The position numbers and the translations under genes were made by a program. A stretch of 64,000 bases of DNA. It comes from Steroidobacteraceae bacterium. GTDB taxonomy: Bacteria; Pseudomonadota; Gammaproteobacteria; Steroidobacterales; Steroidobacteraceae. Below, piece by piece: positions 18,610 to 27,817 of this stretch (its first letter is position 1; each line of letters starts with the position of its first letter). The notes beneath the pieces were generated by a model. That model was not told the origin of the DNA. It did not search any database and saw nothing but the letters and a program-made list of their open reading frames with translations. Where the stretch lies: NCBI GenBank assembly GCA_052326345.1, contig JBKQOZ010000063.1:153507-217506 (forward strand), given 5' to 3'.

Positions 18610-20112
18610 ATGAATGCCCAGCTGATATCCGATGAGACGGCCGCGCGAGTGCGTGCATTTACCCAGCATCCGCGCGAGCTGCTGATCGCCGGTCGCTGGC
18701 GCCCCGCGGCCTCGGGCGCTTCCTTCGAAGTGATCGATCCGGCGACGGGGAGCGCATTCGCACGCGCCGCCGCGGGAGACGCCGCCGACGTCGACGCCGC
18801 GGTGGCGGCCGCCCGCACGGCGTTCGAGTCGCCGCCATGGAGCAATTCGACGCCCGCGTGGCGGGCCCGGCTGCTGCTGCGTCTGGCCGAGCTGATCGAG
18901 GCGAACGGCGAGGAGCTCGCCCTGCTCGAGACCCTCGACAACGGCATGCCGTTTCGCATGGCGCGCATGGTTGCCGCCTTCGGCGCCGCGGAAAGTCTGC
19001 GCTATCACGCCGGCTGGGCCACCAAGATCGGCGGGGAGACGATCAATCTGAGCGTGCCCGGGGAGTGGCACGCCTATACGCTGCGCGAGCCGGTGGGCGT
19101 GGTCGGGCAGATCGTGCCGTGGAATTTTCCGCTCGCCATGGCGGTGGCGAAAATTGCGCCCGCGCTGGCGGTAGGCTGCACCGTGGTGCTGAAGCCTGCC
19201 GAACAGACGCCCCTCAGCACCGTGCGCCTCGGTGAACTGATTCTGGAGGCGGGGATTCCCTCGGGTGTGGTCAACATCGTCACCGGCTACGGCGAGACCG
19301 CCGGCCGCGCGCTGGTCGCGCATCCTGGGGTGGATAAGATTGCGTTTACCGGATCTACGCCGGTGGGCAAAGAGATCCTGCGGGCGTGCGCCGGCAACCT
19401 GAAGCGCGTGACGTTGGAGCTCGGCGGCAAATCGCCGGTGTTCATTTTACCGGACGCGGCAATTGGCCCGGCCACCGACGTGGCGGCGCGCGGAATCTTC
19501 ATGAACACCGGGCAGGTTTGCGCGGCGGGCTCGCGGCTGTTCGTGCATGAGCGGATCTTCGATCAGGTCGTGGAGGGAGTGGTGGAGCGCGCGCGAGCCT
19601 TGCGGGTCGGCGCGGGGACGGATCCGGCGACCGACATGGGTCCCGTCGTTTCCGAGGAGCAGCGAAAGCGGGTGACGGGATACATACGCGCGGGAATCGA
19701 AGAAGGCGCGCGTATTTTGACCGGAGGAGGCCAGATTCCGGGTCCCGGATATTTCGTCGAACCGACGGTGCTTGCCGGCACCACCGCCCGGATGAAAGTG
19801 GTGCGCGATGAGATTTTCGGGCCGGTCCTTTGCGCCATGTCGTTCGCGGACTGCGACGTCGATGTGCTCGCGCGCATGGCCAACGATACTGAATACGGCC
19901 TGGCGGCCAGCATCTGGACACGCGATATCAGCGCCGCGCATCGCCTTGCACGGCGCATCAAGGCGGGTTCGGTGCGCATCAATACGCCGGGCTCGGTCGA
20001 TCCGGCGCTGCCGCTCGGCGGCTACAAGCAGTCCGGGTGGGGCAGAGAGAACGGCCGAGAAGGCACGGAAATCTACACCGAACTCAAGTCGGTTACCGTC
20101 GGCTTAAGTTGA
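18610..20112 (+). CDS. NAD(P)-dependent aldehyde dehydrogenase
   Basis: It has VGQIVPWNFPL, the catalytic Glu in TLELGGKSP, the catalytic Cys in NTGQVCAAGSRL, and the EEIFGPV-type motif DEIFGPV. Confidence 0.9.
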   Translation: MNAQLISDETAARVRAFTQHPRELLIAGRWRPAASGASFEVIDPATGSAFARAAAGDAADVDAAVAAARTAFESPPWSNSTPAWRARLLLRLAELIEANGEELALLETLDNGMPFRMARMVAAFGAAESLRYHAGWATKIGGETINLSVPGEWHAYTLREPVGVVGQIVPWNFPLAMAVAKIAPALAVGCTVVLKPAEQTPLSTVRLGELILEAGIPSGVVNIVTGYGETAGRALVAHPGVDKIAFTGSTPVGKEILRACAGNLKRVTLELGGKSPVFILPDAAIGPATDVAARGIFMNTGQVCAAGSRLFVHERIFDQVVEGVVERARALRVGAGTDPATDMGPVVSEEQRKRVTGYIRAGIEEGARILTGGGQIPGPGYFVEPTVLAGTTARMKVVRDEIFGPVLCAMSFADCDVDVLARMANDTEYGLAASIWTRDISAAHRLARRIKAGSVRINTPGSVDPALPLGGYKQSGWGRENGREGTEIYTELKSVTVGLS

Positions 20113-21767
20113 GGGTTCGCCGGGTGGATACCTTCGACTACGTCATCGTCGGCGCCGGCTCCGCCGGCTGCGTGTTGGCGAATCGATTGAGCGCCGAATC
20201 CGCAGTGCGCGTGCTGCTGGTCGAGGCGGGCGGCTCGGACGATCGCTTTCTGATCAGCATGCCGCTGGGTTTCCTGCGTGCGGTGTTCAATCCGGAGTTC
20301 TCCTGGGGCTACGCAAGCGAACCGGAGCCCACGCTCGGCGGCCGCTCGCTGTGGCTGCCGCGCGGCAAGGTCCTGGGCGGCTCCTCGTCGATCAACGGCA
20401 TGTTCTTCATGCGCGGACATTCCGCCGATTTCGACGGGTGGGCGGCGATGGGCTGCACCGGCTGGAGCTACGCCGAGGTGTTGCCGTATTTCAAGCGCAT
20501 GGAGAGCAGCTGGCGCGGCGCCGGCCGCTGGCATGGGGGCGATGGACCGTTGCCGGTGGCGGCGATCGACAGCCGACGTCTGCTGCACGAGCCTCTGATG
20601 CAGAGTGCGGCCGCGGCCGGGTTTTCGATCACCGATGACATTCACGGCGAGTGCGAAGAGGGCTTCGCACACGGCGAGATCACGGTGGATGCGCGCGGGC
20701 GGCGCGCGAGCACCTCGCGTGCTTACCTGCGCCCGGCGCTGCATCGCCCGAACCTGGTACTGGCCACCGGCGCGCTCGTGACGAGAGTGCGCATCGAGCG
20801 CGGCGCGGCGAGAGGCATCGAATACCGGCAGGACGGGCGCAGCGTCGAAGCGCGCGCGTCCCGCGAGGTGATCCTGTGCGGCGGCGCGTTCAATTCGCCG
20901 CATCTGCTGATGCTGTCCGGCGTCGGGCCGGCAGACGAATTGCGGGCCCACGGGATCGGCGTGCATGCCGATCTTGCGGGGGTCGGCGGCAATCTGTCGG
21001 AGCACGCGCGCGTGCCGATCGAGTTCGCAACCCGCGGCGACTGCTCGTTCCTGGGCGAGCTGCGCGCCGATCGCATCGCCCGCTCCGTGCTGCGCTGGCT
21101 GTTCTTCGGCACCGGTCCGTGCGCCACGCAGATCAACAGCTGCAACATCGTCGTACGCACGGATCCGAAGCTCTCGCAGCCAGACATTCAGCTCATGTGC
21201 AATCCGGTGCGGATGGACGCGAAGATCTGGTGGCCGTTCATCGGCCCGCACCAGGAGCATCGCGTTACGGCCGATGCGGTGGTGCTGCACCCGGAGTCGC
21301 GCGGCCGCGTCAGCCTGCGATCCAAAGATCCGCAGGACAAGCCGCGCATCCAGCTGAACGTGCTCGCGACCGAGGCGGATCTGGCGGCCGCACGCCGCGG
21401 GGTGAGACTGGCGCGGCGAATTTATGCCACGCCGCCGCAGTCGGCCCTCATCGCACGGGAAACAGCTCCGGGGGCCGGCGTCGAGTCGGACGCCGATCTG
21501 TGCGCGTACATCCGCGCGCACGCGTCGGTCACGCAGCACCCGGTCGGCTCGTGTGCGATGGGCGGGGGCGCCCAAGCGGTGCTCGATCCGCAACTGCGTG
21601 TGCGCGAAATCGCGGGCCTGCGCGTGGTCGACGCCTCGGTGATGCCAACCGTGCCCGGCGCCAACACCAATGCGGCGGTGATCATGATCGCTGAAAAGGC
21701 CGCCGATCTGATCCTGGGCCGATCCGTCGCCCCGGATCACGCGCGAAGCGCCGGGGCGCTCTCTTAA
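20109..21767 (+). CDS. GMC family FAD oxidoreductase (HpvZ/choline dehydrogenase-like)
   Basis: It has FDYVIVGAGSAGCVLANRL, GKVLGGSSSINGMFF and HPVGSCAMG...VVDASVMPTVPGANTNAA. The start is either TTG 20109 (overlapping the ALDH stop) or GTG 20124. Confidence 0.85.
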   Translation: MRVRRVDTFDYVIVGAGSAGCVLANRLSAESAVRVLLVEAGGSDDRFLISMPLGFLRAVFNPEFSWGYASEPEPTLGGRSLWLPRGKVLGGSSSINGMFFMRGHSADFDGWAAMGCTGWSYAEVLPYFKRMESSWRGAGRWHGGDGPLPVAAIDSRRLLHEPLMQSAAAAGFSITDDIHGECEEGFAHGEITVDARGRRASTSRAYLRPALHRPNLVLATGALVTRVRIERGAARGIEYRQDGRSVEARASREVILCGGAFNSPHLLMLSGVGPADELRAHGIGVHADLAGVGGNLSEHARVPIEFATRGDCSFLGELRADRIARSVLRWLFFGTGPCATQINSCNIVVRTDPKLSQPDIQLMCNPVRMDAKIWWPFIGPHQEHRVTADAVVLHPESRGRVSLRSKDPQDKPRIQLNVLATEADLAAARRGVRLARRIYATPPQSALIARETAPGAGVESDADLCAYIRAHASVTQHPVGSCAMGGGAQAVLDPQLRVREIAGLRVVDASVMPTVPGANTNAAVIMIAEKAADLILGRSVAPDHARSAGALS

Positions 21768-21792
21768 TCCGGGCCCGAATCGCGGAGCAACC

Positions 21793-22293
21793 ATGTCGAC
21801 ATCCCATTGGAGCGAACCGGTCACAAAACTCAGCCTCGTGCTCGAGCACGTGTTCGATGTCCGCATCGACTTCCATCAGCGGCTGATTTTCGATCCAATG
21901 CCGGGCGGGCAGAAGCAGGCGTACACGTCGGTGAAGAGCGGCAAGGTGAGCGGACCGCGGCTCAACGGCACGGTGCTTGACTACAGCGGCGCCGACTGGC
22001 CGATCGTACGCTGCGACGGAGTCGTCGAACTCAACGCACACTACGTGCTCGAGGCCGATGATGGCGCCCGCATCTACATCCGCAACATGGGCTACGTGTA
22101 CGGTGCCCGCTCCCCGGAGGTTGCCGCGCGTGCGCCGGCCAATCCCGCCGCCGGCGGATATTTTCGCTGCACTCCGTATTTTCGAGCTCCTGAAGGGCCC
22201 CACGACTGGCTCAATCGCACCGTGATCGTGGGCGGCGGCGAGCGCCACTCGGCTCCCGATCACACATTGTTTCGATATTACGCCGTGCTATGA
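21793..22293 (+). CDS. DUF3237 (UPF0311) family protein
   Basis: The 166-aa protein has the pattern ..GPRL.G.V...GADW...R.DGV.EL.A.Y.LE.DDGA.IYI.N.G... ..YFR..P.F.AP.G...WLN. and is paralogous to 48539-49015. Confidence 0.7.
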   Translation: MSTSHWSEPVTKLSLVLEHVFDVRIDFHQRLIFDPMPGGQKQAYTSVKSGKVSGPRLNGTVLDYSGADWPIVRCDGVVELNAHYVLEADDGARIYIRNMGYVYGARSPEVAARAPANPAAGGYFRCTPYFRAPEGPHDWLNRTVIVGGGERHSAPDHTLFRYYAVL

Positions 22294-23918
22294 CAGGGGC
22301 CGACTACATCGTTATCGGCGGCGGGTCCGCCGGCTGTGTGCTGGCCGCGCGCCTGTCGGAGGATCCGAGCGTGCAGGTGGTGTTGATCGAGGCTGGCTCC
22401 ACCGACGCCGGACGCTTAAATCTGCGCATACCTCTCGCCTGGCGCGACACGTTCATGGATCCCGCCGTAAGCTGGGGTTTTGTCTCGGAGCCCGAGCCTT
22501 ATGCCGACGGCCGAGTCGTGCCGGCGCCGCGCGGCAAGGTGCTGGGCGGGTCGGCCTCGGTCAACGGCATGATGTACGCGCGAGGCTGCGCGGCCGATTA
22601 TGACGATTGGGCCAGGGCGGGGCTCGAAGGCTGGAGTTTCGCCGACGTGCTGCCGTACTTTCGCCGTTCGGAGAGCAATTGGCGCGGCGCGTCCGCGTAT
22701 CACGGCGGCGATGGTCCGTTGACGGTATCGCGGCACGTCCCGGATGCGTTCATCTACCCGCGCCTCATGGCGGCTGCCAGGGACTTGGGCTGTGCGCAGC
22801 TCGAGGATTTCCATGGAGCGCAGGCGGAGGGATTCGCCGTGCCGGATTTCACCGTGCACCGCGGCGAGCGCGCCAGCACTTCAACGCGCTTCCTGCACCC
22901 GGTCCTGCACCGGCGGAACTTGACCGTGATCACCGACGCGTTGGCCCACCGGCTGCTGCTTCAAGGGTCGCGTGCGCGTGCGGTCGAGTACGGCGCGAAG
23001 GGCGGTGTGCGGCAGCTGCACTGCGACGGCGAAATCGTGCTCGCCGCCGGCGCGTTCAACTCTCCGCAGCTGCTGCTGCTCTCGGGTGTGGGTCCGACCG
23101 GCGGAATCGAGCCGCACGGCATCCGGGTGGCCCATGATCTTCCCGGCGTCGGCGCCAATCTGCAGGAGCACCAATCGATCGCCATGATCTATCGGGCACG
23201 CGGCGCCATCACGTTCGACTCGCGATTGCGGGCCGACCGGCTGGCTGTCGCGTTGCTGCGCTGGCTGCTGTTTCGCACGGGAGCCGTTGCCGGCCTGCCG
23301 GTGTCGGCTCAGGGCTTCGTGCGCACTGCGCCCGGCCTCGATCGGCCGGACCTGCAGATGCTGGTGAGTCCGGTGTCGATGATGGCGCGACCGTGGTTTC
23401 CTGGCTGGCGCCCCGGGGCGGGGCACGTGTTCTCGGCGGCGAGCGTGCTGCTGCATCCGGCGAGCCGGGGTTCGGTGTCGCTGCGCTCCGGCGAGCCGAC
23501 GGCGGCGCCGCGCATCGTGCTCAACTTGCTGCAGGCTCCGCAAGACCGGGCGGCATTGCGCCGCATCATCCGCTTCGTGCGGCGCTATTTTGCGACGCCT
23601 GCGGCGCGAGAGCTGGTGCGCGAGGAGACCATCCCCGGCGAGGCCGTCGAGAGCGATGAGGCACTCGACGCGTTCGTGCGCGCGAACGTGCGCACCGCCA
23701 TGCATCCGGTCGGGACCTGCGCGATGGGCACCGGCGATGACGCAGTGGTAGACGCGCAGCTGCGAGTTCGCGGCATCGACGGGCTTCGCATTGCGGACGC
23801 ATCAGTCATGCCGAGCATCATTGGCGGAAACACCAATGCACCTGTCATCATGATTGCCGAGAAGGCGGCCGATCTGATTCGCGGCCGCGCCACCTCGTCG
23901 AGGACGCCGATTGGCTAA
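22290..23918 (+). CDS. GMC family FAD oxidoreductase
   Basis: ATG 22290 overlaps the DUF3237 stop (ATGA). Motifs include DYIVIGGGSAGCVLAARLSED, GKVLGGSASVNGMMY and HPVGTCAMG...IADASVMPSIIGGNTNAP. Confidence 0.85.
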   Translation: MTGADYIVIGGGSAGCVLAARLSEDPSVQVVLIEAGSTDAGRLNLRIPLAWRDTFMDPAVSWGFVSEPEPYADGRVVPAPRGKVLGGSASVNGMMYARGCAADYDDWARAGLEGWSFADVLPYFRRSESNWRGASAYHGGDGPLTVSRHVPDAFIYPRLMAAARDLGCAQLEDFHGAQAEGFAVPDFTVHRGERASTSTRFLHPVLHRRNLTVITDALAHRLLLQGSRARAVEYGAKGGVRQLHCDGEIVLAAGAFNSPQLLLLSGVGPTGGIEPHGIRVAHDLPGVGANLQEHQSIAMIYRARGAITFDSRLRADRLAVALLRWLLFRTGAVAGLPVSAQGFVRTAPGLDRPDLQMLVSPVSMMARPWFPGWRPGAGHVFSAASVLLHPASRGSVSLRSGEPTAAPRIVLNLLQAPQDRAALRRIIRFVRRYFATPAARELVREETIPGEAVESDEALDAFVRANVRTAMHPVGTCAMGTGDDAVVDAQLRVRGIDGLRIADASVMPSIIGGNTNAPVIMIAEKAADLIRGRATSSRTPIG

Positions 23919-25200
23919 GCATCGCTTTTACGGTTGGACCATGCTCGCGGCCCTATGGGGAGTCATGTTCCTCAACCTGGGCTTTCCGGCGTACGGTCCG
24001 GCGGTCATCAATGCCGCCATGGCCAAGGCCGTCGGACTGAATCGCGAGGCGCTGGGCGACATGTTCTCGGTGTACATGATCATGTCCGGGCTGCCGGGCC
24101 CCCTGGTGGCGATGAGCGTCAATCACTTCGGCGTGCGCAAGACGCTGGTGCTGGGCAGCTCGCTCATCATCGTAGGCTCGCTGCTGATGGCCACGGTGGT
24201 CGCGGGCGCGCTCGGCGCGATGCTCTGCTTCGGCCTGCTGGTCGGTGCGGGGGTGGCTACGGGCGCCGCTTTGGCCTCACAGGCGGGATTGGCGCGCTGG
24301 TTCGTGCGCCGCCGGTCCCTGGCGCTGTCGGTGCTGTACTCGGCGGGTGCGATCGGCGGTTTCGTGGCGGCGCCGCTGCTGAACAGGCTGATCGAGGCGA
24401 GCGGAACTTGGCGGGCGGGATGGTGGCTGCTCGGAATCCTCTCCGCCGCAGCGATGTGCATCGCCCTGGTCTTCGTCCGCGAGCGGCCAGAAGAGATGGG
24501 CCAGGTTGCGGACGGTTTCGCGCCGCCCGCCGCCGATGGCGCGGCCGCGCCGGACTCGCGGCCGTGGTTCGTCACCCGCCGAGAATGGAAGTTCCGCGAC
24601 GCCGTTCGCAACGCCACATATTGGGTGCTGTTGACCTCGCTGATCGGCTGCAGCGGCGGCTATACCCTGTTTCTGGCGCACGGAGTGGTGCACCTGCAGG
24701 ATCTCGGCCATTCGGCTCGCATCGGCGCCTGGGCGGTTGGCGTGATGACGGTGTCGGGTCTCATCGGCAAGTTGATTCTCGCGACGCTGGGCGACCGCAT
24801 CGACCCGCGCTATATCTTTGCGCTTTTCATGGCAGTGTTCGCGGTCGGACTCGTGGTGATCGTCGATGCGCGGGCGTTCTGGCAGGTGATCCTGTTCGCG
24901 GTTTGTCTGGGCATCGGTTTCGGCGGCGGCCTGGTGTGCCTGATGTCGGTGTTGAGCAATTACTACGGCACCCGCACGTTCGCCTCGCTCGCCGGACTCG
25001 CCGTCGCCATCAACACGACGCTATCGGCGATCGCGCCGAAAGTGGCCGGCCGCCTCTTCGACCAGGGCGTCGGCTACGGCGCCACGTTCTATTTTCTCGC
25101 GGCATGGTGCTTCGTCGGCGCCGTGGCGCTGTGCTTCACGCGCCGGCCGGGGACCGAGATGCCGATTGGGACGGGCAGCAACGAGTACGGAGCGCTGTGA
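23911..25200 (+). CDS. MFS transporter
   Basis: About 12 hydrophobic segments are visible across 429 aa. The start is either TTG 23911 (overlapping the GMC stop) or ATG 23941. Confidence 0.8.
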   Translation: MAKHRFYGWTMLAALWGVMFLNLGFPAYGPAVINAAMAKAVGLNREALGDMFSVYMIMSGLPGPLVAMSVNHFGVRKTLVLGSSLIIVGSLLMATVVAGALGAMLCFGLLVGAGVATGAALASQAGLARWFVRRRSLALSVLYSAGAIGGFVAAPLLNRLIEASGTWRAGWWLLGILSAAAMCIALVFVRERPEEMGQVADGFAPPAADGAAAPDSRPWFVTRREWKFRDAVRNATYWVLLTSLIGCSGGYTLFLAHGVVHLQDLGHSARIGAWAVGVMTVSGLIGKLILATLGDRIDPRYIFALFMAVFAVGLVVIVDARAFWQVILFAVCLGIGFGGGLVCLMSVLSNYYGTRTFASLAGLAVAINTTLSAIAPKVAGRLFDQGVGYGATFYFLAAWCFVGAVALCFTRRPGTEMPIGTGSNEYGAL

Positions 25201-27194
25201 TGACCAAGGTCAACCAAGGCGATTTGCTGTGGACGCCGAGCGCCGAGCGGCTGGCGCAGGCTCATTTGACGCATTATCTGCAATGGCTCGGCGCGCGCGG
25301 CCGCCACTTCGATTCGTACACCGCTCTGTGGCAGTGGTCGATCGACGAGCAGGACGCATTTTGGGGCTCGCTGTGGGAATACTTCGATGTGCGCGCATCG
25401 CGGCCGTACGAGCGCGTGCTTGGATCGCGCACGATGCCGGGGGCCGAATGGTTTCCCGGGGCCAGGCTGAACTATGCGGAACATGCCCTGCGTCACGAGC
25501 GCGAGGGGGCCGTGGCGCTCATGTACTTGAGCGAGCGGCGCAGCCTGATGGAACTCTCCTGGACCGACCTTGGAGGACAGGTGCGCAGACTCGCGACCCG
25601 GATGCGTGCGCTCGGCGTCGCGCCCGGCGATCGTGTGATTGCGTATCTGCCGAATTCTCCGGAGGCGGTCATCGCGATGCTGGCGACGGTGAGCATCGGC
25701 GCCATCTGGGCGAGCTGCGGACCGGACTTCGGGCCGCGCGGCGTGGTCGACCGGTTCGGGCAGCTGGCGCCGAAACTGGCATTTTGCGTGGACGGTTATC
25801 ACTACGGCGGCAAGCTCTTCGATCGGCGGCCGGAACTCAAGGCCATATTGAATGCGCTGCCCTCCGTGGAGCAGGTCATTTATCTGCGGCAGCTGGAACC
25901 CTCGAATGACACGCCGTTGAGCGCGCATACGCTGTTCTGGGAAGAGGCGCTCTCGGGTCCCGACATTGCGCGCGAGTCGTTCCGCTTCGAGCAGGTGCCG
26001 TTCGCGCACCCTTTGTGGATCCTGTTTTCCTCCGGCACCACCGGCTTGCCCAAGCCGATCGTCCATTGCCACGGCGGAATGGTCCTGGAGCAGATCAAGT
26101 CGCTCAGGATTCACATGGACGTGCATCCCGGCGAGCGCATGTTCTTCTTCACGACCACCGGCTGGATGATGTGGAATTTTCTGGTGAGCGCGCTGCTGGT
26201 CGACGTGATCCCCGTGCTGTACGACGGCAATCCGGCGTATCCGGAAGGGGACGTACTGTGGGCCATGGTCGAGCGCACGGGCGCCAGTTTCTTCGGGGCG
26301 AGCCCGACCTACGTAAGCATTCTCGAGAAGGCGGGCATCGTGCCGAAGGATCGGTTCGATCTGTCGCGACTGAAGTCAGTGCTGCTGGCGGGCTCACCGG
26401 TCACCGCCGAATGCATGGCGTGGTTCTATCGCTGCGTGAAATCCGACATCTGGGCGCACTCGGGCAGCGGCGGCACGGATCTGTGCGCTGGGATCGTCGG
26501 CGGCATCGTCATCTTGCCGCTGTACGCCGGCGAGATCCAGGGCCGTCAGCTCGGCATGGCGGCCTACGCGTTCAATGAGCAGGGCCAGGCGGTCATCGAC
26601 GAGGTCGGCGAGCTGGTCATCACCAAGCCCGTACCGTCGATGCCCGTCGGCTTCTGGAACGATGCGGACGGCACGCGCTACCGGGAATCATATTTCGACC
26701 AGTATCCGGGCGTGTGGCGGCACGGCGATTTCTTCAAGTTGAACCGCCGCGGCGGATGCTTCGTGCTGGGCCGTTCCGACGCGACCTTGAACAGGCACGG
26801 TGTGCGCATCGGCACCGCGGAGGTGTATCGCGCGCTCACCGAGGTGCCGGAGATCGAGGACGCGTTGATCGTCAATCTCGACCTCAAGAACGGCGGTTTC
26901 TTCATGCCGCTGTTCGTCAAGCTGCACCACGGGTTCGAACTCGACGAGGCGCTGGTGGAGAAGGTGCGCGCCCGAATGCGCAAGGCCTATTCGGCGCGCC
27001 ACGTGCCGGACAAGATTTATCAGGTGGCCGCGATACCGTACACCCTGACCGGAAAGAAGATGGAGGTGCCGGTGCGCCGGATTCTGATGGGCGTGCCGGT
27101 CGAGAAGGCGGCGAATCGCGCGGCCATGGCCAACGTCGAGTCGCTGGATTACTTCATTCGCTACGCCCGCGAGCAGCAGGACTACCGGCTGTAG
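25200..27194 (+). CDS. Acetoacetyl-CoA synthetase-like acyl-CoA ligase (ANL superfamily)
   Basis: The 664-aa protein has the N-terminus LLWTPS..R......HYL.WL........SY..LW.WS......FW typical of AACS. The AMP-binding motif is ILFSSGTTGLPKPIVH. The C-terminal segment is GKKMEVPVRRIL. Its ATG shares one nt with the MFS stop. Confidence 0.85.
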   Translation: MTKVNQGDLLWTPSAERLAQAHLTHYLQWLGARGRHFDSYTALWQWSIDEQDAFWGSLWEYFDVRASRPYERVLGSRTMPGAEWFPGARLNYAEHALRHEREGAVALMYLSERRSLMELSWTDLGGQVRRLATRMRALGVAPGDRVIAYLPNSPEAVIAMLATVSIGAIWASCGPDFGPRGVVDRFGQLAPKLAFCVDGYHYGGKLFDRRPELKAILNALPSVEQVIYLRQLEPSNDTPLSAHTLFWEEALSGPDIARESFRFEQVPFAHPLWILFSSGTTGLPKPIVHCHGGMVLEQIKSLRIHMDVHPGERMFFFTTTGWMMWNFLVSALLVDVIPVLYDGNPAYPEGDVLWAMVERTGASFFGASPTYVSILEKAGIVPKDRFDLSRLKSVLLAGSPVTAECMAWFYRCVKSDIWAHSGSGGTDLCAGIVGGIVILPLYAGEIQGRQLGMAAYAFNEQGQAVIDEVGELVITKPVPSMPVGFWNDADGTRYRESYFDQYPGVWRHGDFFKLNRRGGCFVLGRSDATLNRHGVRIGTAEVYRALTEVPEIEDALIVNLDLKNGGFFMPLFVKLHHGFELDEALVEKVRARMRKAYSARHVPDKIYQVAAIPYTLTGKKMEVPVRRILMGVPVEKAANRAAMANVESLDYFIRYAREQQDYRL

Positions 27195-27199
27195 AAGCC

Positions 27200-27802
27200 A
27201 TGGTGCGCAATGTCATCTTCGACATCGGCGGCGTCGTACTCGAATGGAATCCTGACGAGATTCTCAAGAGCTTTTACGCCGATCCCGACGCGCGTGCGGC
27301 GATGAAGAGCGCGCTGTTCCTTCATCCGGATTGGATCCTGCTGGACCGTGGCATGCTCGAGGAATCCGCAGCGCTCGCGCGGCTCGAGCAGCGGACCGGC
27401 CGACCGGAGCAGGAGCTGACCGGGCTGTTTGCAGCGATCCGCGGATCGCTGCGGCCCAAATTGGATACGATCGCGCTGCTGGAGGCCCTCGCGCGGCGCG
27501 GCGTGCCGCTCTACTGCCTGTCGAACATGCCGGCGAGCACCTTTGCGCACCTGCGTGAGCGGCACGAATTCTGGGCGTGGTTTCACGGGATCGTCATTTC
27601 GGGCGAGGTCAAGATGGCCAAACCGGAGCAGGAAATTTTCCGGTATCTGCTGCGCCGGTACGGATTGCCCGCGGCCGAAACGGTTTTCATCGACGATCAT
27701 CCGCCGAACATCGAGGCCGCGCGCTCGCTCGGCCTGCATGCCATTCGATTCCGCGACGCACGCCAATGCGAAATTGAACTGGAGCGCTTGCTGCAGAATT
27801 AG
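27200..27802 (+). CDS. HAD superfamily hydrolase (subfamily IA)
   Basis: Motif I is VIFDIGGVV, with a downstream SN and a K...DD pattern (FIDDHPPNIEAA). It lies 5 nt after the ligase gene. Confidence 0.75.
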   Translation: MVRNVIFDIGGVVLEWNPDEILKSFYADPDARAAMKSALFLHPDWILLDRGMLEESAALARLEQRTGRPEQELTGLFAAIRGSLRPKLDTIALLEALARRGVPLYCLSNMPASTFAHLRERHEFWAWFHGIVISGEVKMAKPEQEIFRYLLRRYGLPAAETVFIDDHPPNIEAARSLGLHAIRFRDARQCEIELERLLQN

Positions 27803-27817
27803 CGCCGCCCGCGCGCC

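Noticed and set aside
23934-25199. An N-terminal 420-aa extension would make the acetoacetyl-CoA-synthetase-like ORF 1086 aa long. Analogous long 5' extensions occur on other ORFs, for example 5597-6352, 15624-17087, 29935-31686, 31515-33167 and 59800-60396.
   Set aside because: The extensions overlap well-supported genes in another frame and are low-complexity. Internal starts give canonical protein lengths, Shine-Dalgarno sites or start/stop overlaps with the upstream gene.
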